The translations under genes and the position numbers were made by a program. From Macrostomum lignano (Eukaryota): a stretch of DNA of 64,000 nt. The stretch is from contig NIVC01000455.1 of the NCBI GenBank assembly GCA_002269645.1, positions 186,001 to 250,000 of the forward strand, in the 5' to 3' direction. Under the pieces are notes generated by a model. That model ran no database searches, was not told the origin of the DNA, and was given only the letters and a program-made list of their open reading frames with translations. Of the stretch, positions 49,001 to 63,786 are shown in pieces; within the stretch, counting starts at the first letter, position 1; every line of letters starts with the position of its first letter.

Positions 49001-50859
49001 AGCGACGCCCCTTGAAGTATAGTGATTGCCCCTAGAAAACAGCGGTGCCCCCTGAAGGACGGCGGCGGCGCCAACCTGATCAGGTAGGTGGCACTGAAAT
49101 CGCCCTGGCTGTAGGCTTGGCGCAGCTCAGGCTCCGGCGGCGCCGGGTAGCCGTCAGAGTCGAACGAGCAGCTGACGGGGCTGGGCTGCGGGTAGCCGAA
49201 CACCTTCACCTGCGGGCGGGTGCGTGCGATCACCCGTGAGGGAGAAATTGGGAAGACAAGGAGATGAGAGGTAAGAGAATAAAACTGAGGTGGAGAGGGA
49301 AGAGGGTGTTTCTCAGTGATTCTCGTAGGGATTATAGTGATTCCAATCGGGAGGGATTCTCACGGGAAGCGATTCTCACGGGGAGTGATTCTCACGGGGA
49401 GTGATTCTCACGGGGAGCGATTCTCACGGGGAGTGATTCTCACGGGGAGCGATTCTCACGGGGAGTGATTCTCACGGGGAGTGACCATTATTCTCATGCT
49501 GATTCTCATGGGTAGTAACCATTATTCTCATGGGTAGTGACCATTATTCTCATGGGTAGTGACCATTATTCTCATGGGTAGTGACCATATTCTCATGGGT
49601 AGTGACCATTATTCTCATGGGTAGTGACCATTATTCTCATGGGTAGTGACCATTATTCTCATGGGTAGTGACCATTATTCTCATGGGTAGTGACCATTAT
49701 TCTCATGGGTAGTGACCATTATTCTCATGATGATTCTCATGGGTAGTGAGAGCTATTCTCTAGCGAAGCGTCTGCCCAGCTGATGCGGTAACCGTTCGCA
49801 GACCTGCAACTGCCTTATGCTCTGAGTCAACTCTCCCCAAGCTTCAATGGGATTTCTCAAGCACCGGAGCAGAACGCGCGCGGTTTTTCTGGGTCGAAGA
49901 ATGAAGCTTCAACCAGCCATCAAACGGGTTCGGGATTGAGTTGTTGTTGATCAACTCAATTCCCCGATTGCCCCACCGAGTTGGCTGCCGATTCCGGGGG
50001 TTCTGGGGATCAGCCAGAGGATCAGGGCAGCAGCAGATTAGCCTTCTGCAGAGAAGAAAGCAGTTACGTCATCATTTGGGATTATCAGTTTGAGAGGAGA
50101 AAGAGGGGGGGGCAAGAACCTGACTCGAGAGCCCAGCCTCCGGCTGCATCCGCTGCTGCCTTCTGCCTCATCCCCGGCCTTCTTGGCAGCGAAGCGAGAA
50201 ACTGGAGAGGCGGAGGCGCCCAGGAGCTCAGGGGTGAGCAGTAGCTGGGTGCGCTCTGACTGGATTTGAAACAAAGAAATTCGCATATAAAAAGTTCATG
50301 AATACTGCATGAACGACCACCTCTTGCAGTCCAGATCTCTCCATCCAGCACTCCATGGTCAGGGGGTTACACAGATAAGGAATCAAAACAATTCGTGGCC
50401 TTGCCTACAGAATATTCCCAATTCCCCTCTTTGCTTTTCCCTCTCCCATTAGCGATTCCCCATGGCTGGATGACTTTCGGCCCTCCGGCTGTTGGTCACC
50501 TTTCCTGCCCCTCTCGGTTCGGCGCCTCTGACTCGGCCGCTTCCTGCTGCAGCACCTCTGCTGCCGGGGTCAGCGACTCACGATGGGCAGCCCATAGACT
50601 CACTGGGATCAAATTCGTGCAGGGGGGAATAATGCAAAGTTGTGCAAAACAATGGGGTGTCTCGTCTGAGAGGAGTTCTGTCCCTCTTGCTCGCGGCTGA
50701 CTCACCTTGCACTGCCTCATCTGCCTCCTCTCCTCTCTTCTCCTCTCCTCTCCTCTCCTCTCCTCTCCTCTCCTCTCCTCTCCTCTCCTCCCTCTCCTCT
50801 CTCCCTCTCTCCTCTCCTCTCCTCTCCTCTCCTCTCTCTCCTCCCCTCTCCTCTCTCTC

Positions 50860-50891
<32 letters not shown>

Positions 50892-53800
50892 CTCCTCTCT
50901 CTCTCTCCTCTCCTCCTCTCCTCTCCTCTCTCTTCTCTTCTCTTCTCTCCTCTCCTCTCCTCTCCTCTCCTCTCCTCTCCTCTCCTCTCCTCTCCTCTCC
51001 TCTCCTCTCTTCTCCTCTCCTCTTCTCTCCTCTCATCTTCTCTCTTTTCTTCTCTCAAGCTCTACCCTCAGTTCTGTTAAATTTCGATTTTAAGCCAGAA
51101 TTTCTCGATAAAAAGTTTGCCATTTATTTTTCCCGAAACAATCGCCCTGTTCCCCCCTCACTCAAATCCCCTTAGGCGCTCGCTAATTTTCCCAGAAACC
51201 AAGCCAATCCTGGGATTCCACAATTATTCAATTTTCCACTTTCAAGCACTCAGTTTTGAACCCAAACAGGGGGTGACCACTGCAGTCGGACTTGTCTGTA
51301 ACGGGCAGCGGTCAGGAGCTAAGAGTAGCAAAACGCGGCCACGGTCCGCTTGAGTGGTCCGCTGATTACGTCATCAAGTTTTTATTGCGAGTTCAAACAC
51401 GCGACAGTAGGGGGGGGGCAGGCGGACTCAAAAGCAGACTGACTGACAGGCCCAGAGTGGCCCTCGGAGATTCAGAGACTTTCTGTCTCAAGTGGAATAC
51501 TCAGGCCTGAGCTGCGGGCTGCTCAATGGTAGCCTGATTGTTATTGATTGGCTGGGAAATAGTCATAATAATGCTGTCAATTAGGGAGATAATTAATGAT
51601 TGAATAATGCTGAGCTGGGCTGAGCTGGGCTGAGTTAGCCTCCGTCTTCTGGTTGCCAGGCTGGGTATCAGGTTTCTTTGAGCGACTGTCGGTTTGAAAT
51701 TTCTTTCAAGTCCATTCATTTATGTTGGCCTGTTGCTCACTGTGTTTCGCCTCTCTCCGCCCGCTCTCTCCCTCCCGCTCTCTCGCTCCCGCTCTCTCCC
51801 TCCTGCTCTCTCCCTCCTGCTTTCTCCCTCCCGCTCTGTCCCTCCCGCTCTCTCCCTCCCGCTCTCTCCCTCCCGCTCTCTCCCTCCCGCTCTGTCCCTC
51901 CCGCTCTCTCCCTCCCGCTCTCTCCCTCCCGCTCTCTCCCTCCCGCTCTCTCCCTCCCGCTCTCTCCCTCCCGCTCTCTCCCTCCCGCTCTCTCCCTCCC
52001 GCTCTCTCCCTCCCGCTCTCTCCCTCCCGCTCTCTCCCTCCCGCTCTCTCCCTCCCGCTCTCTCCCTCCCGCTCTCTCCCTCCCGCTCTCTCCCTCCCGC
52101 TCTCTCCCTCCCGCTCTCTCCCTCCCGCTCTCTCCCTCCCGCTCTCTCCCTCCCGCTCTCTCCCTCCTGCTCTGTCCCTCCCGCTTTCTCCCTCCCGCTC
52201 TCTCCCTCCTGCTCTGTCCCTCCCGCTTTCTCCCTCCCGCTTTCTCCCTCCCGCTTTCTCCCTCCCGCTCTCTCCCTCCCGCTCTCAGCATGAGAATCAG
52301 CATGAGAATCAGCATGAGAATTAGCATGAGAATCAGCATGAGAATCAGCATGAGAATCAGCATGAGAATCAGCATGAGAATCAGCATGAGAATCAGCATG
52401 AGAATCAGCATGAGAATCAGCATGAGAATCAGCATGAGAATCAGCATGAGAATCAGCATGAGAATTAGCATGAGAATCAGCATGAGAATCAGCATGAGAA
52501 TCAGCATGAGAATCAGCATGAGAATTAGCATATTTCCCCCATCAAAACTCGCTCATATCGCGAACCCGCAGCTGTAACTCGGGACCCCCCAACCGGAACC
52601 CCTTAATTAATCGGCCTACCCGCAGCTCCCAGACGGGGATAATTTTCCCTTCCACAGATTTGCGCCCCCGTTCCCGTCTCAGTCAGGAAATTTGAGCTCA
52701 TTATTTAAGCTGCTCCCCGGTGATCCTCATCCCGACTAGCAAGGTGCGCTTGGCGCCACCCTCACGCAGGCTTGACGGCAAAACAGCCGATTGCCGCTCA
52801 GGTGCCTCATGCTGCGGGGACTTATGCCCTCCCTAACACCGTGACTCCCCCCGAGCAGGTCTCAAATTTACGATATAATTAGTCTGGATCGGCACGCAGA
52901 TGCAGTTTTAGCGGCTAATTCTAGGGAATTAACCAACTGCATCCTGCATTGTGTTGAGCAGCTGGCTCCTAGGAAATCCGATATCGCAGTTTCTGGCAGT
53001 CTCAAAATGATAGTTCTGGACTGGTGCAAGGACCTCTGGACACTTGGAATGGAGCGTCTCATTTTTATGTCGAGTCTCATTTTCGAGTCAAGCCGCGAGA
53101 GTCAGGCGCTGAGTTGCTAAGCTGGGTCCCCAGTCCGCTCAACCTCCCAATACAAACGATACAAGCGGATGTCCATCTCGCCCAATGCATTTTGTAGCCT
53201 AAAACCGCATTGGAAGGTGCTGGCGTCCATCTGCTTTTCCATGAGTGCTTTTTTCGACGGAAGTTGACAAAATTGAAACATTCGAGATTGCAACTGACAA
53301 GCTCTGCACTTCGGCCAAAGGAGGCCTCATGATGCTTCGTTGAGTGGTTTCTGAGTTAAATGGGGGAATTTCTCCCAACATTGCGTTGGGCACTCGAATC
53401 CCAGTGCAGCCAACCTGCGACCCATAGGCGGAGAGGCAGTCATAAAAAACCAAACGTCCGTTTTTCCGGAATTTGCAAATAATAAAAAAAACTGACGACA
53501 AAAAATGACAGCAGCGAATTAAAACAAAATGTATGCAAATTTAAAACAGATGCAAATTTGACAGAATTTTTTTGACGCACACGGACTGGGTCATAAATTA
53601 TGGACTCGAGCTCGAATCCCAACACGCGGATTCTGTTCTTTAATTTGCATTTTTGTTAGCTGGAGTATTTTTAATATAGACTGGAAATTCAGGGACAGTG
53701 AGATGGCTTGTCCACTCATGGAGCTCTGGAAATCATACTTGGACTGGAAGTCAAGGGTCCTGGCATTCTAACCATCATGCATGTACGCTCTGCGCTGTGA

Positions 53801-56800
53801 AATAGAAATGACAGTTTCCAATCCAGAATTCTTTACTTAGGAGTCCATGTTCCAACTATCCTAAAGGAACTGAAGCGAACCGAGTTTAGTTAGTTAGCCG
53901 CCCATTATGCTCACCGCACCGCCAAGCTTTGAAAAGCAAAATCGGGCAGATTAAAGATGAAGGGCGGCCCTTCTATAAGAATGACGTCATTCACTCGAGG
54001 ATGATCAGACTGCCTCAGCAGCACAAGAAATAAAGCTGAGATCTGGCACGCATCATACAGACTGATGGACAGTGGGAACTGAGCGCTAACCAAATTATCC
54101 CACTGTCGGGGCCCACTGCCTCTGGCTCTCTGCCTCCCCCATCAGCCAAAGCACAATTAATGTGATTGCAGACCCCAGTAGTCCCCGGGGCTGTGCAGGG
54201 GGGGGGGCAATTATCCTCTCCGGAGCTGCTGCTGGCGCACAAATTCCCAGGAACTTTGCAGCTGCCCTCCAACCCCAATGCCAGTCTCTGCCGGTTTTGA
54301 CAATCTGTCAGTCTAATTTCAGTTGCTACTCAGTCGCCCGTGAGATCTGCCCAGCAGCTCTGAGCTGTGCCGCCCCTGCGTAACCTCCCGCCCCTTCTGG
54401 CTGTGGAGCCGCGACTTGTTGCACAACAGCAGAGAGTCAAGCAGCAGAGGCCTACGAATGAAGTTTTAATTTCAAAAATCTGTCCAAACATTTTTATGTT
54501 GGTTTGATGTCGGCGTGGGACCAAGAGGAAACGTAGAAAGGCAGATTCTCAAGGACTGGGGCAGCGGAGAGGCAGATTCTCAAGGACTGAGGCAGCGGAG
54601 AGGCAGATTCTCAAGGACTGAGTCAGCGGAGAGGCAGATTCTCAAGGACTGAGGCAGCGGAGAGGCAGGTTCTCAAGGACTGAGGCAGCGGAGAGGCAGA
54701 TTCTCAAGGCCTGAGGCAGCGGAGAGGCAGATTCTCAAGGACTGAGGCAGCGGAGAGGCAGATTCTCAGGGACTGAGGCAGCGGAGAGGCAGATTCTCAA
54801 GGACTGAGGCAGCGGAGAGGCAGATTCTCAGGGACTGAGGCAGCGGAGAGGCAGGTTCTCAAGGACTGAGGCAGCGGAGAGGCAGATTCTCAAGGCCTGA
54901 GGCAGCGGAGAGGCAGATTCTCAAGGACTGAGGCAGCGGAGAGGCAGATTCTCAGGGACTGAGGCAGCGGAGAGGCAGATTCTCAAGGACTGAGGCAGCG
55001 GAGAGGCAGATTCTCAGGGACTGAGGCAGCGGAGAGGCAGATTCTCAAGGACTGAGGCAGCGGAGAGGCAGATTCTCAAGGACTGAGGCAGCGGAGAGGC
55101 AGATTCTCAAGGACTGAGGCAGCGGAGAGGCAGATTCTCAAGGACTGAGGCACCAGAGATGCAGATTGAGTGCTCGCATAAAACATTTATTCAGGCAAAA
55201 AACAGAAATTAAAAGAAAAGTTAATTCTGCCCTCTCGCCAAGAAATTGCAAATTAGCATCAGAGCAGACTGTTTGAGTCGCTGAGCATCCTCAGTCTGAG
55301 CAATCGCCATGTCCAGTGATCATTTGCAGAATTTCCCTTCACTGAGCGGATGCTCGGGAATACCCGGTCCTGCAGCTCGGCAGGATATCTCAACTGGCTT
55401 TGCTCCCCATCTCTCCCTCTCGCCCGTGGCCATTTTACGCACGAGACAGTAGGGGAGACTCAAATTCTCAGGAGGTTAAAACTCAGAGATGAGAATGGGA
55501 GATGCTGAGCGTAATCAGCAGAGGAGACAGGGAGCTCATCTGGAGTGCCGCTCTCTGCAGGCTGTCTGCCCGGTTCCCTAGAGACAGTTTCCTGCAAAAT
55601 TCGCTTTATCGATTCGAATTTCGGCCACCCCGCGGCAGCGCGGCCGGGAGAATTTCTTCTTTTTTGAAAAAGAACCGCTTGCTTCTGAAAGTGAACCATT
55701 AATGGAAACTCTGATGCACATCACAGCGCTGCTTACCTGGACGTCCTCCTGCTGTCCCACCGGGGTGTACCGCACCAGCTCGCTCAGCTCGAATCGGGGC
55801 TTGACTGCAACAGTTGGGGTGGGGAATGGAGCTGAGATCAGAGTGTTGAAATATTAAACTGCGAGTGAAAGTTGATTTGCTGCTTTAAATAGACTGTACA
55901 AAGACTGACAGACTGACAGGGGAGGAACAGGGGAGAGACAGGGGAGAGACAGGGGAGAGACAGGGGAGAGGCAAGGAGAGACAGTGGAGAGACAGGGAGA
56001 GACAGGGGAGAGACAGGAGAGAGACAGGGGAGAGACAGGGGAGAGACAGGGGAGAGACAGGAGAGAGACAGGGAGGGACAGGGGAGAGACAGGGAGAGAC
56101 AGGGGAGAGACAGGGGAGAGACAGGGAGAGACAGGGGAGAGACAGGGGAGAGACAGGGGAGAGACAGTGGAGAGACAGGGGAGAGACAGGGGAGAGACAG
56201 GGGAGAGGCAAGGAGAGACAGTGGAGAGACAGTGGAGAGACAGGGAGAGACAGGGAGGAGACAAAGGACAGACAAGGAGAGACAGGGAAGAGATAGGGTT
56301 GGCAGTTCATAATCAGTACAATTCCAATTCAGGAGTAATTGTATTATCTGTCAATATTATTTTTTCTATAACGCAACCAACTAGCCAGTTGAATAATTTT
56401 TACTTGCTGTGGAAGAAGACTGAAAGCTAAAACAATTTCTGCGACATCTGCTTGCATGCCGGCGTGTCTGTCGTGTCGTGTCGTGACCTGCTCGATTCGA
56501 GCTCGCCCACCCCACACTCGTCATCCCCCCGTCAGCATGATTAATCACCAGCGCTGCCTCTGTGAGATGAAGTTAGATTAAGAGGAGTAGAGAATTGAAA
56601 AATTCGAAAGCGGACGGGAAACGCCAGTGCAAGAGGGGGAAATTCAGAATAAATTAAATGCGATTCACTCTCCCGAAGACGAAAGAGCGAGTCAGAGTCA
56701 GTTCCCGCGGTGCGGCAGAGCTGAAGTTGCGCCGAAAATACGCTCCTATGCTATGGAATTTGGAGGCGTGGTTTTTAGCTCTTATTTTTAGAGCCCAGGT

Positions 56801-58560
56801 TTGCCTATTTAAAATGTACATTCCTGGATGACCAACCCCCTCCCCCTCAGGGCAGAGACACTGTACATTCCTGGATGGCCAACCCCTCTCCCTCGGGGCA
56901 GAGACACTGTACATTCCTGGATGGCGAACCCCTCTCCCCCGGGGCAGAGACACTCTACATTCCTGGATGGCCAACCCTCTCCCTCGGGGCAGAGACACTG
57001 TACATTCCTAGATGGCCATCCCCGCTACCTCTCCCTGTACATGCCTGGATAGCCGACCCCCTTCTCTCACGGCAGACATTGCACACTGTACTCTTCATAC
57101 ACTGGGTCAGCTGTATATTTTCTTAGGAAAGGAATTAACTAACGACAGATTAAACTAGCGTTGACTTTCTACAGTTCCCCGGGAGGAGAAGTGGATCAGT
57201 TTGACTGCCCTAGCAACACAAAAAATTCACGTCGATCTTAAAAAACACCCTTTGAAAGCACGAGACGGCAATCGAGCGATTTTAAAGTGGATTCCCGTGC
57301 CGCGAAGACCAGCTATTGGACAAGAAGACAATGCAGGCCCCAGTGGGACCACACGAACGCCAATTTCCAGCTAAGTGTCTGCTTTTCTTTCCCTAAAATC
57401 GCAACAGGCAGCAAAGACAAAGAGCACGTTTTGAAGTTTCGTTTCGACTGCTTTTTAAGCTTTACGATTGAAAACTGCCGCCCGAGGCGTTGAGGTCTCA
57501 TAAAATGGTCGCTACGCTCCTAGCCAAGGACTGTCTGCTAACGATGTCAAAAGGGCCTCCGAGGGAGTGTTGGAAATTCCAATAGGGTAAAAAATCTGTG
57601 GCATGTAAATTGGGTCATTTATCAACTCTGAATTCGACTGCTTTCAAAAGTACGAGCAGATCTCGTCGGCAACTTGTAGTCACAGAGCTATTTTTATATG
57701 ATAAAAAATTGGTCATAAAAAATCTATTGCTCATGTACATTATGGGTCATGGAACCATTGCTCATATAAATAATTGGTCATAGAAGATCATTGCTCACAT
57801 GAAGAAACAGTCATAGAAGATCATTTCTCATATGAAGAATCGGTCAAAGAAGATCATTGCTCACATGAAGAAACAGTCATAGAAGATCATTGTTCATATG
57901 AAGAATCGGTCAAAGAAGATCATTGTTCATATGAAGAATCGGTCAAAGAAGATCATTGTTCATATGAAGAATCGGTCATAGAAGATCATTTCTCATATGA
58001 AGAATCGGTCAAAGAAGATCATTGTTCATATGAAGAATCGGTCATAGAAGATCATTTCTTATATGAAGAATCGGTCAAAGAAGATCATTGTTCATATGAA
58101 GAACGGTCATAGAAGATCATTTCTCATATGAAGAATCGGTCATAGAAGATCGTTGCTCATATGAAGAATCGGTCATAAAAGATCATTGGTCATATGAAGA
58201 ATCGGTCATAGAAGATCATTGCTCACATGAAGAATCAGTCATAGAAGATCATTTCTCATATGAAGAATAGATCATAGAAGATCATTGCTCATACAAATAA
58301 TTGGTCATATTAGTATTGCTCATATGAAGAATCCACCATGGAAGCATTGCTCATACACATATAGATGATGGTAGCGCAGCTCAGCAAAAGCACTCACACG
58401 GGCCCAGCAGGTAGAGTGAATCAAAGCCGATGTTTTTTCCCTTCTCCATCAGGAACGGCTGGCTGCTCACAGCCTCGCAACGGTAACTGCCGATCAGCTG
58501 CTCGCTGAAGTCGGGGCCCAGGCTCTGCTGCAGGCGGCTGTCGGGTGTCTCATTCAGCAG
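45961..58560 (-). CDS. Ig-superfamily cell-surface protein (Ig-Ig-FN3, putative GPI anchor; Klingon/Wrapper-like architecture), 5' end not found
   Basis: Six phase-compatible GT-AG exons (58560-58398, 55804-55737, 49209-49076, 48442-48211, 46957-46714, 46043-45961). Motifs: GSYRCEA, GQQEDVQVKVFGYPQP, LTCHSENELG, YNSYQLRW, LYSLRPDTEHEIRLSSCNRHGCSEFS, and a hydrophobic C-terminus. Confidence 0.85.
46714..46957 (-). CDS. IgSF exon (FN3 end); acceptor position uncertain
   Basis: Gly-rich linker, then TLYSLRPDTEHEIRLSSCNRHGCSEFSEPVRVRTPKKS; GTGAGT donor. Confidence 0.75.
47158..48140 (-). repeat. Minisatellite, 25-bp unit GGACACTGCATGACCAATAGTCTAT
   Basis: IgSF intron; reverse complement shares ATAGACTATTGGTCAT with the 42805 array. 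Confidence 0.97.
48211..48442 (-). CDS. IgSF exon (Ig end, FN3 start)
   Basis: LSNSLPGNQTRLTCHSENELGRAELRILLTALAPQPEIVSD...YNSYQLRWQHDAKAYVDFYRVQ. Confidence 0.85.
48480..49030. repeat. Minisatellite, 20-bp unit GAAGGATAGCGACGCCCCCT
   Basis: IgSF intron. Confidence 0.95.
49076..49209 (-). CDS. IgSF exon
   Basis: VKVFGYPQPSPVSCSFDSDG...DFSATYLI(R). Confidence 0.8.
49365..49745. repeat. Compound minisatellite, 16-bp GATTCTCACGGGGAGT grading into 22-bp ATTCTCATGGGTAGTGACCATT
   Basis: Direct observation. Confidence 0.9.
50735..51050. repeat. (CTCCT)n polypyrimidine tract
   Basis: Direct observation. Confidence 0.95.
51755..52530. repeat. Abutting arrays: 14-bp CTCCCGCTCTCTCC (to about 52287) and 12-bp AGCATGAGAATC
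   Basis: Sharp junction near 52286. Confidence 0.95.
54540..55155. repeat. Minisatellite, 31-bp unit GCAGATTCTCAAGGACTGAGGCAGCGGAGAG
   Basis: Same family as 22812-23568. Confidence 0.95.
55737..55804 (-). CDS. IgSF exon
   Basis: (F)KPRFELSELVRYTPVGQQEDVQ; TTGCAG acceptor, GTAAGC donor. Confidence 0.8.
55918..56285. repeat. Purine-rich (GGAGAGACAGG)n
   Basis: Direct observation. Confidence 0.93.
56815..57045. repeat. Minisatellite, about 46-bp unit CATTCCTGGATGGCCAACCC...GGCAGAGACACTGTA
   Basis: About 5 copies. Confidence 0.9.
57775..58325. repeat. Minisatellite, 33-bp unit TCATAGAAGATCATTGCTCATATGAAGAATCGG
   Basis: IgSF intron. Confidence 0.93.
58398..58560 (-). CDS. IgSF exon (Ig F/G strands)
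   Basis: LLNETPD...QLIGSYRCEAVSSQPF...YLLGP; TCACTCCAG acceptor, GTGAGT donor. Confidence 0.75.
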
Positions 58561-58667
58561 CTGGAGTGACAGTTGAAGCAAATTTCATCGTTGGAAAACT
58601 TTCATGAATGAAACAATTTAAAACTATTAATGGTTGTAGTCCGTCCAGTCCCACTTGCTGTCTGTCA

Positions 58668-59790
<1,123 letters not shown>

Positions 59791-60589
59791 TCAGTGTTTG
59801 CACACTTGCATGCGATAAGGCCCAGTCAGAATCAGTAAGAACTGCCACAGCTACCAAAAGCCTCACAGCGGTGTTGCGCCTGTCATGGAGAAAACACCCC
59901 CCCCCCAATTTGCCTGTCCCAACAGGTCAACAGAGGTCAGCCTGAGGTGGAGGCGATGCACACCGTCGCAACTTCGATTCCACCGCTCGCCCCGCCCGCT
60001 CTCGCATCGCCGCCCCTCACGCTTGGCGGGCTGCAAAGCTGTGAAAATAAGCGCCGGAGTTGTCACTCAGCCCCCCTCCCTGCCGTGACCAGCCGAGACT
60101 GGGGGTCGCTGACCTCATTGTGATGACGCCCATGTCATTAGGGACGCCTCGCCCGGGAATTTCTGGCTGCCCCTCTGCTCTCTCACTTTTTCTGTCTGTA
60201 TTATTTAGCATCACAGAGCCTCAGTGTCCGGTGTCCTGGGGTCTCAAGGCTGGGTGCCTGTCAGCTTTCCCCGTCTTACTCTCTGTGCGAGAAATTACAC
60301 TTTCAACTGCAGACAGAGACGGCGCACTATTAAGCAATCTGTGGAGCCGCGTCAGCGAACACAGAGATGCAGATCGCGCTGCCCCGTTCCGTTCACAGCT
60401 GCTCTCAGCAGCAGCTTCAGAGTGAAAATGCTTGTTTAGCCACCCCCCGCTGGCTGGTAGAGGCTGCAGGCAGCTAAATAGACACACCAGCAGCAGGCCG
60501 TCAGTCAGCGGAGCCAACAGGCGAATTCCTCCGGATAATTTGCGGCGATTAGCGTTGCGGCAAAACAGCTATTAGTCTGGGGTGCGGAG

Positions 60590-61203
<614 letters not shown>

Positions 61204-62084
61204 AGTCGCAATTGAGAGCAGCTTGACTCACTGCAGTTCAATTTCGCTACAGAAGCGGCATTTGTTGCCGCATTGCTGAGCCCTCAAAAGAAGCCCCTGA
61301 AAAAAGCCGCCGCAGGCCTCGGCATTCCAGGCACGCGCCGCCGCCCCCCCCCGGCAGCGGGCAGGCAGGAGTCGAGCGCGCGTGACCCGACACTTCATTT
61401 TTGATCCCCGCGGCCCGGATTTGCGCACTAAGCCGCCTGTCTGATCCCTGGGCCCGCATTGTAAAACTTTGCCGTATAGTTTAGTAAAGATGAGATCAGT
61501 CCGGCTTTCACTGGCTCTGTCATGAAGCCGGTGCTCCGTGACCTCAGTTGACCTCTCCAATCCAATTCAACAGCAAAAATTTCTTCAACTGCCCTCGTCT
61601 CTCGCATTGAGAAATTCAATTTTACAATAAGAAATAATTTGTGCTTCAACTCTGCCGACGGACACGGACAGGCAGGCAGGGAGGCACGCGAAGAGGAGCT
61701 GGAGGATTTTCCAGGAAAGATGGCATTAGTCACTTCGGCAATCAGACCCGCTGCACGTGGGCCTGGACTGCAGAAGTTTTCCCATCTCCCCATCTCGCTT
61801 TCTCCCCGCGTGTCGGAAGTCGGCGCCGGGGCCCAGCTTCCTCAACAATAAATTGGTGAGGCTTCATCAATTGACCTCGTGATTAGTTTGATTTATGGCC
61901 AGTAGCCAGACCCCTGGCGTTGCTTGGATATTTGAGTTAATGCTGAGTTTTACGGTTGCCAAGCTTTGATTTGGGCCTGACTTATTGGCTTCATTTTTTC
62001 ATTTTTATTGTCACAGTTAATGAGTGCATTGCAAGCATCATTATCTAAAGCAGAGAAGCACCGGTCAACCCCACATAATAACAG

Positions 62085-63030
62085 GACAGAGAATCCAAAT
62101 TTACGCACCGTCCAACCCCACTCCACAAATAGGATATAAAATCCAGATGTACGCACCGGCCAACCCCACTCCACAAATAGGATATAAAATCCAGATGTAC
62201 GCACCGGCCAACCCCACTCCACAAATAGGATAGAGAATCCATATGTACGCACTGGCCAACCCTACTCCACAAATAGAATAGAGAATCCAAATTTACGCAC
62301 CGTCCAACCCCACTCCACAAATAGGATATAAAATCCAGATGTACGCACCGGCCAACCCCACTCCACAAATAGGATATAAAATCCAGATGTACGCACCGGC
62401 CAACCCCACTCCACAAATAGGATAGAGAATCCATATGTACGCACTGGCCAACCCTACTCCACAAATAGAATAGAGAATCCAAATTTACGCACCGTCCAAC
62501 CCCACTCCACAAATAGGATATAAAATCCAGATGTACGCACCGGCCAACCCCACTCCACAAATAGGATATAAAATCCAGATGTACGCACCGGCCAACCCCA
62601 CTCCACAAATAGGATAGAGAATCCATATGTACGCACCGGCCAACCCTACTCCACAAATAGGATAGAGAATCCAGATGTACGCACCGGCCAACCCCACTCT
62701 ACAAATAGGATATAAAATCCAGATGTACGCACCGGCCAACCCCATTCTCTAACAGGATAGAGAATCCAGATGTACGCACCGGCCAACCCCATTCTCTAAC
62801 AGGATAGAGAATCCAGATGTACGCACCGGCCAACCCCACTCTACAAATAGGATATAAAATCCAGATGTACGCACCGGCCAACCCCATTCTCTAACAGGAT
62901 AGAGAATCCAGATGTACGCACCGGCCAACCCCATTCTCTAACAGGATAGAGAATCCAGATGTACGCATTGGCCAACCCCACTCTCTAACAGGATAGAGAA
63001 TCCAGATGTACGCACCGGCCAACCCCACTC
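62085..63030. repeat. Minisatellite, 48-bp unit with 192-bp (4-mer) higher-order repeat
   Basis: Identical ORF-track segments at 62262 and 62454, offset 192. Confidence 0.95.
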
Positions 63031-63786
63031 CATATTTCTGGGAAATCTGAATGGGACACGTTGACCTCGAAAAACACACTGGTATAGGGGCCAGCTGCGG
63101 GGAGGGCAGCTGGGACAAGAGTTTATCACACACAAACACTGTCAGAGAGAGACACCGCGCCAGATTTGATTAACGATCTCTTAGCCAAGAAGAACCGATG
63201 CGGATGGAGAAATTCCTTATAGATATGAAAGCTCAGATACAGGCAGATGGGCTCTGTCAGCTCTGTCAGCGGGAGATGAAGGCTGGGGCGGCTGCAACTG
63301 GTATCACTGGGGACCGCCCGGCTGCCCACTGAGGTCGCATCATCATCTCTGCTCAGGCAGACAGGTTGGGGGGAGGCTGTTTGAGTCCAAATCCAGTCAG
63401 TATTAGCTGGCTGAGGGCCTTGTAAATAATGAATGCCCTGTGGAGCCCAGTGAGGATTCGGTCCCAGCCTGATGGGGAGCCGTGTGGGGAGCTGGTCTCT
63501 GTCATCCCACCGCAGCAGCTATATTTATCCACTGGGCTTTCATCCTGTCTGTCCCCCGACATCGAGGCTGTGAATAATTCTCTCAGCTCCATGTTAAAGA
63601 TAAAGATTAAACATAATTCAAGGATGTAAATGCCTGACTTGCGCTGATAACGGCTGCTGAAAACGAATGATGTGCATTTTCTAATGGATATTTTCTCGGT
63701 TACTGCTGACTATTTGTGTCCTGATATTGATAGCGCAGAATCCAGGTTTATCCTTCATCTTCATTCTATCTTACTTCATATTTATC

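Noticed and set aside
53915-54009. Possible extra IgSF exon (SDHPRVNDVILIEGPPFIFNLPD..., GTGAGC donor)
   Set aside because: It ends in phase 2, whereas exons 55737 and 49209 already join in phase 0 to give a contiguous Ig motif.
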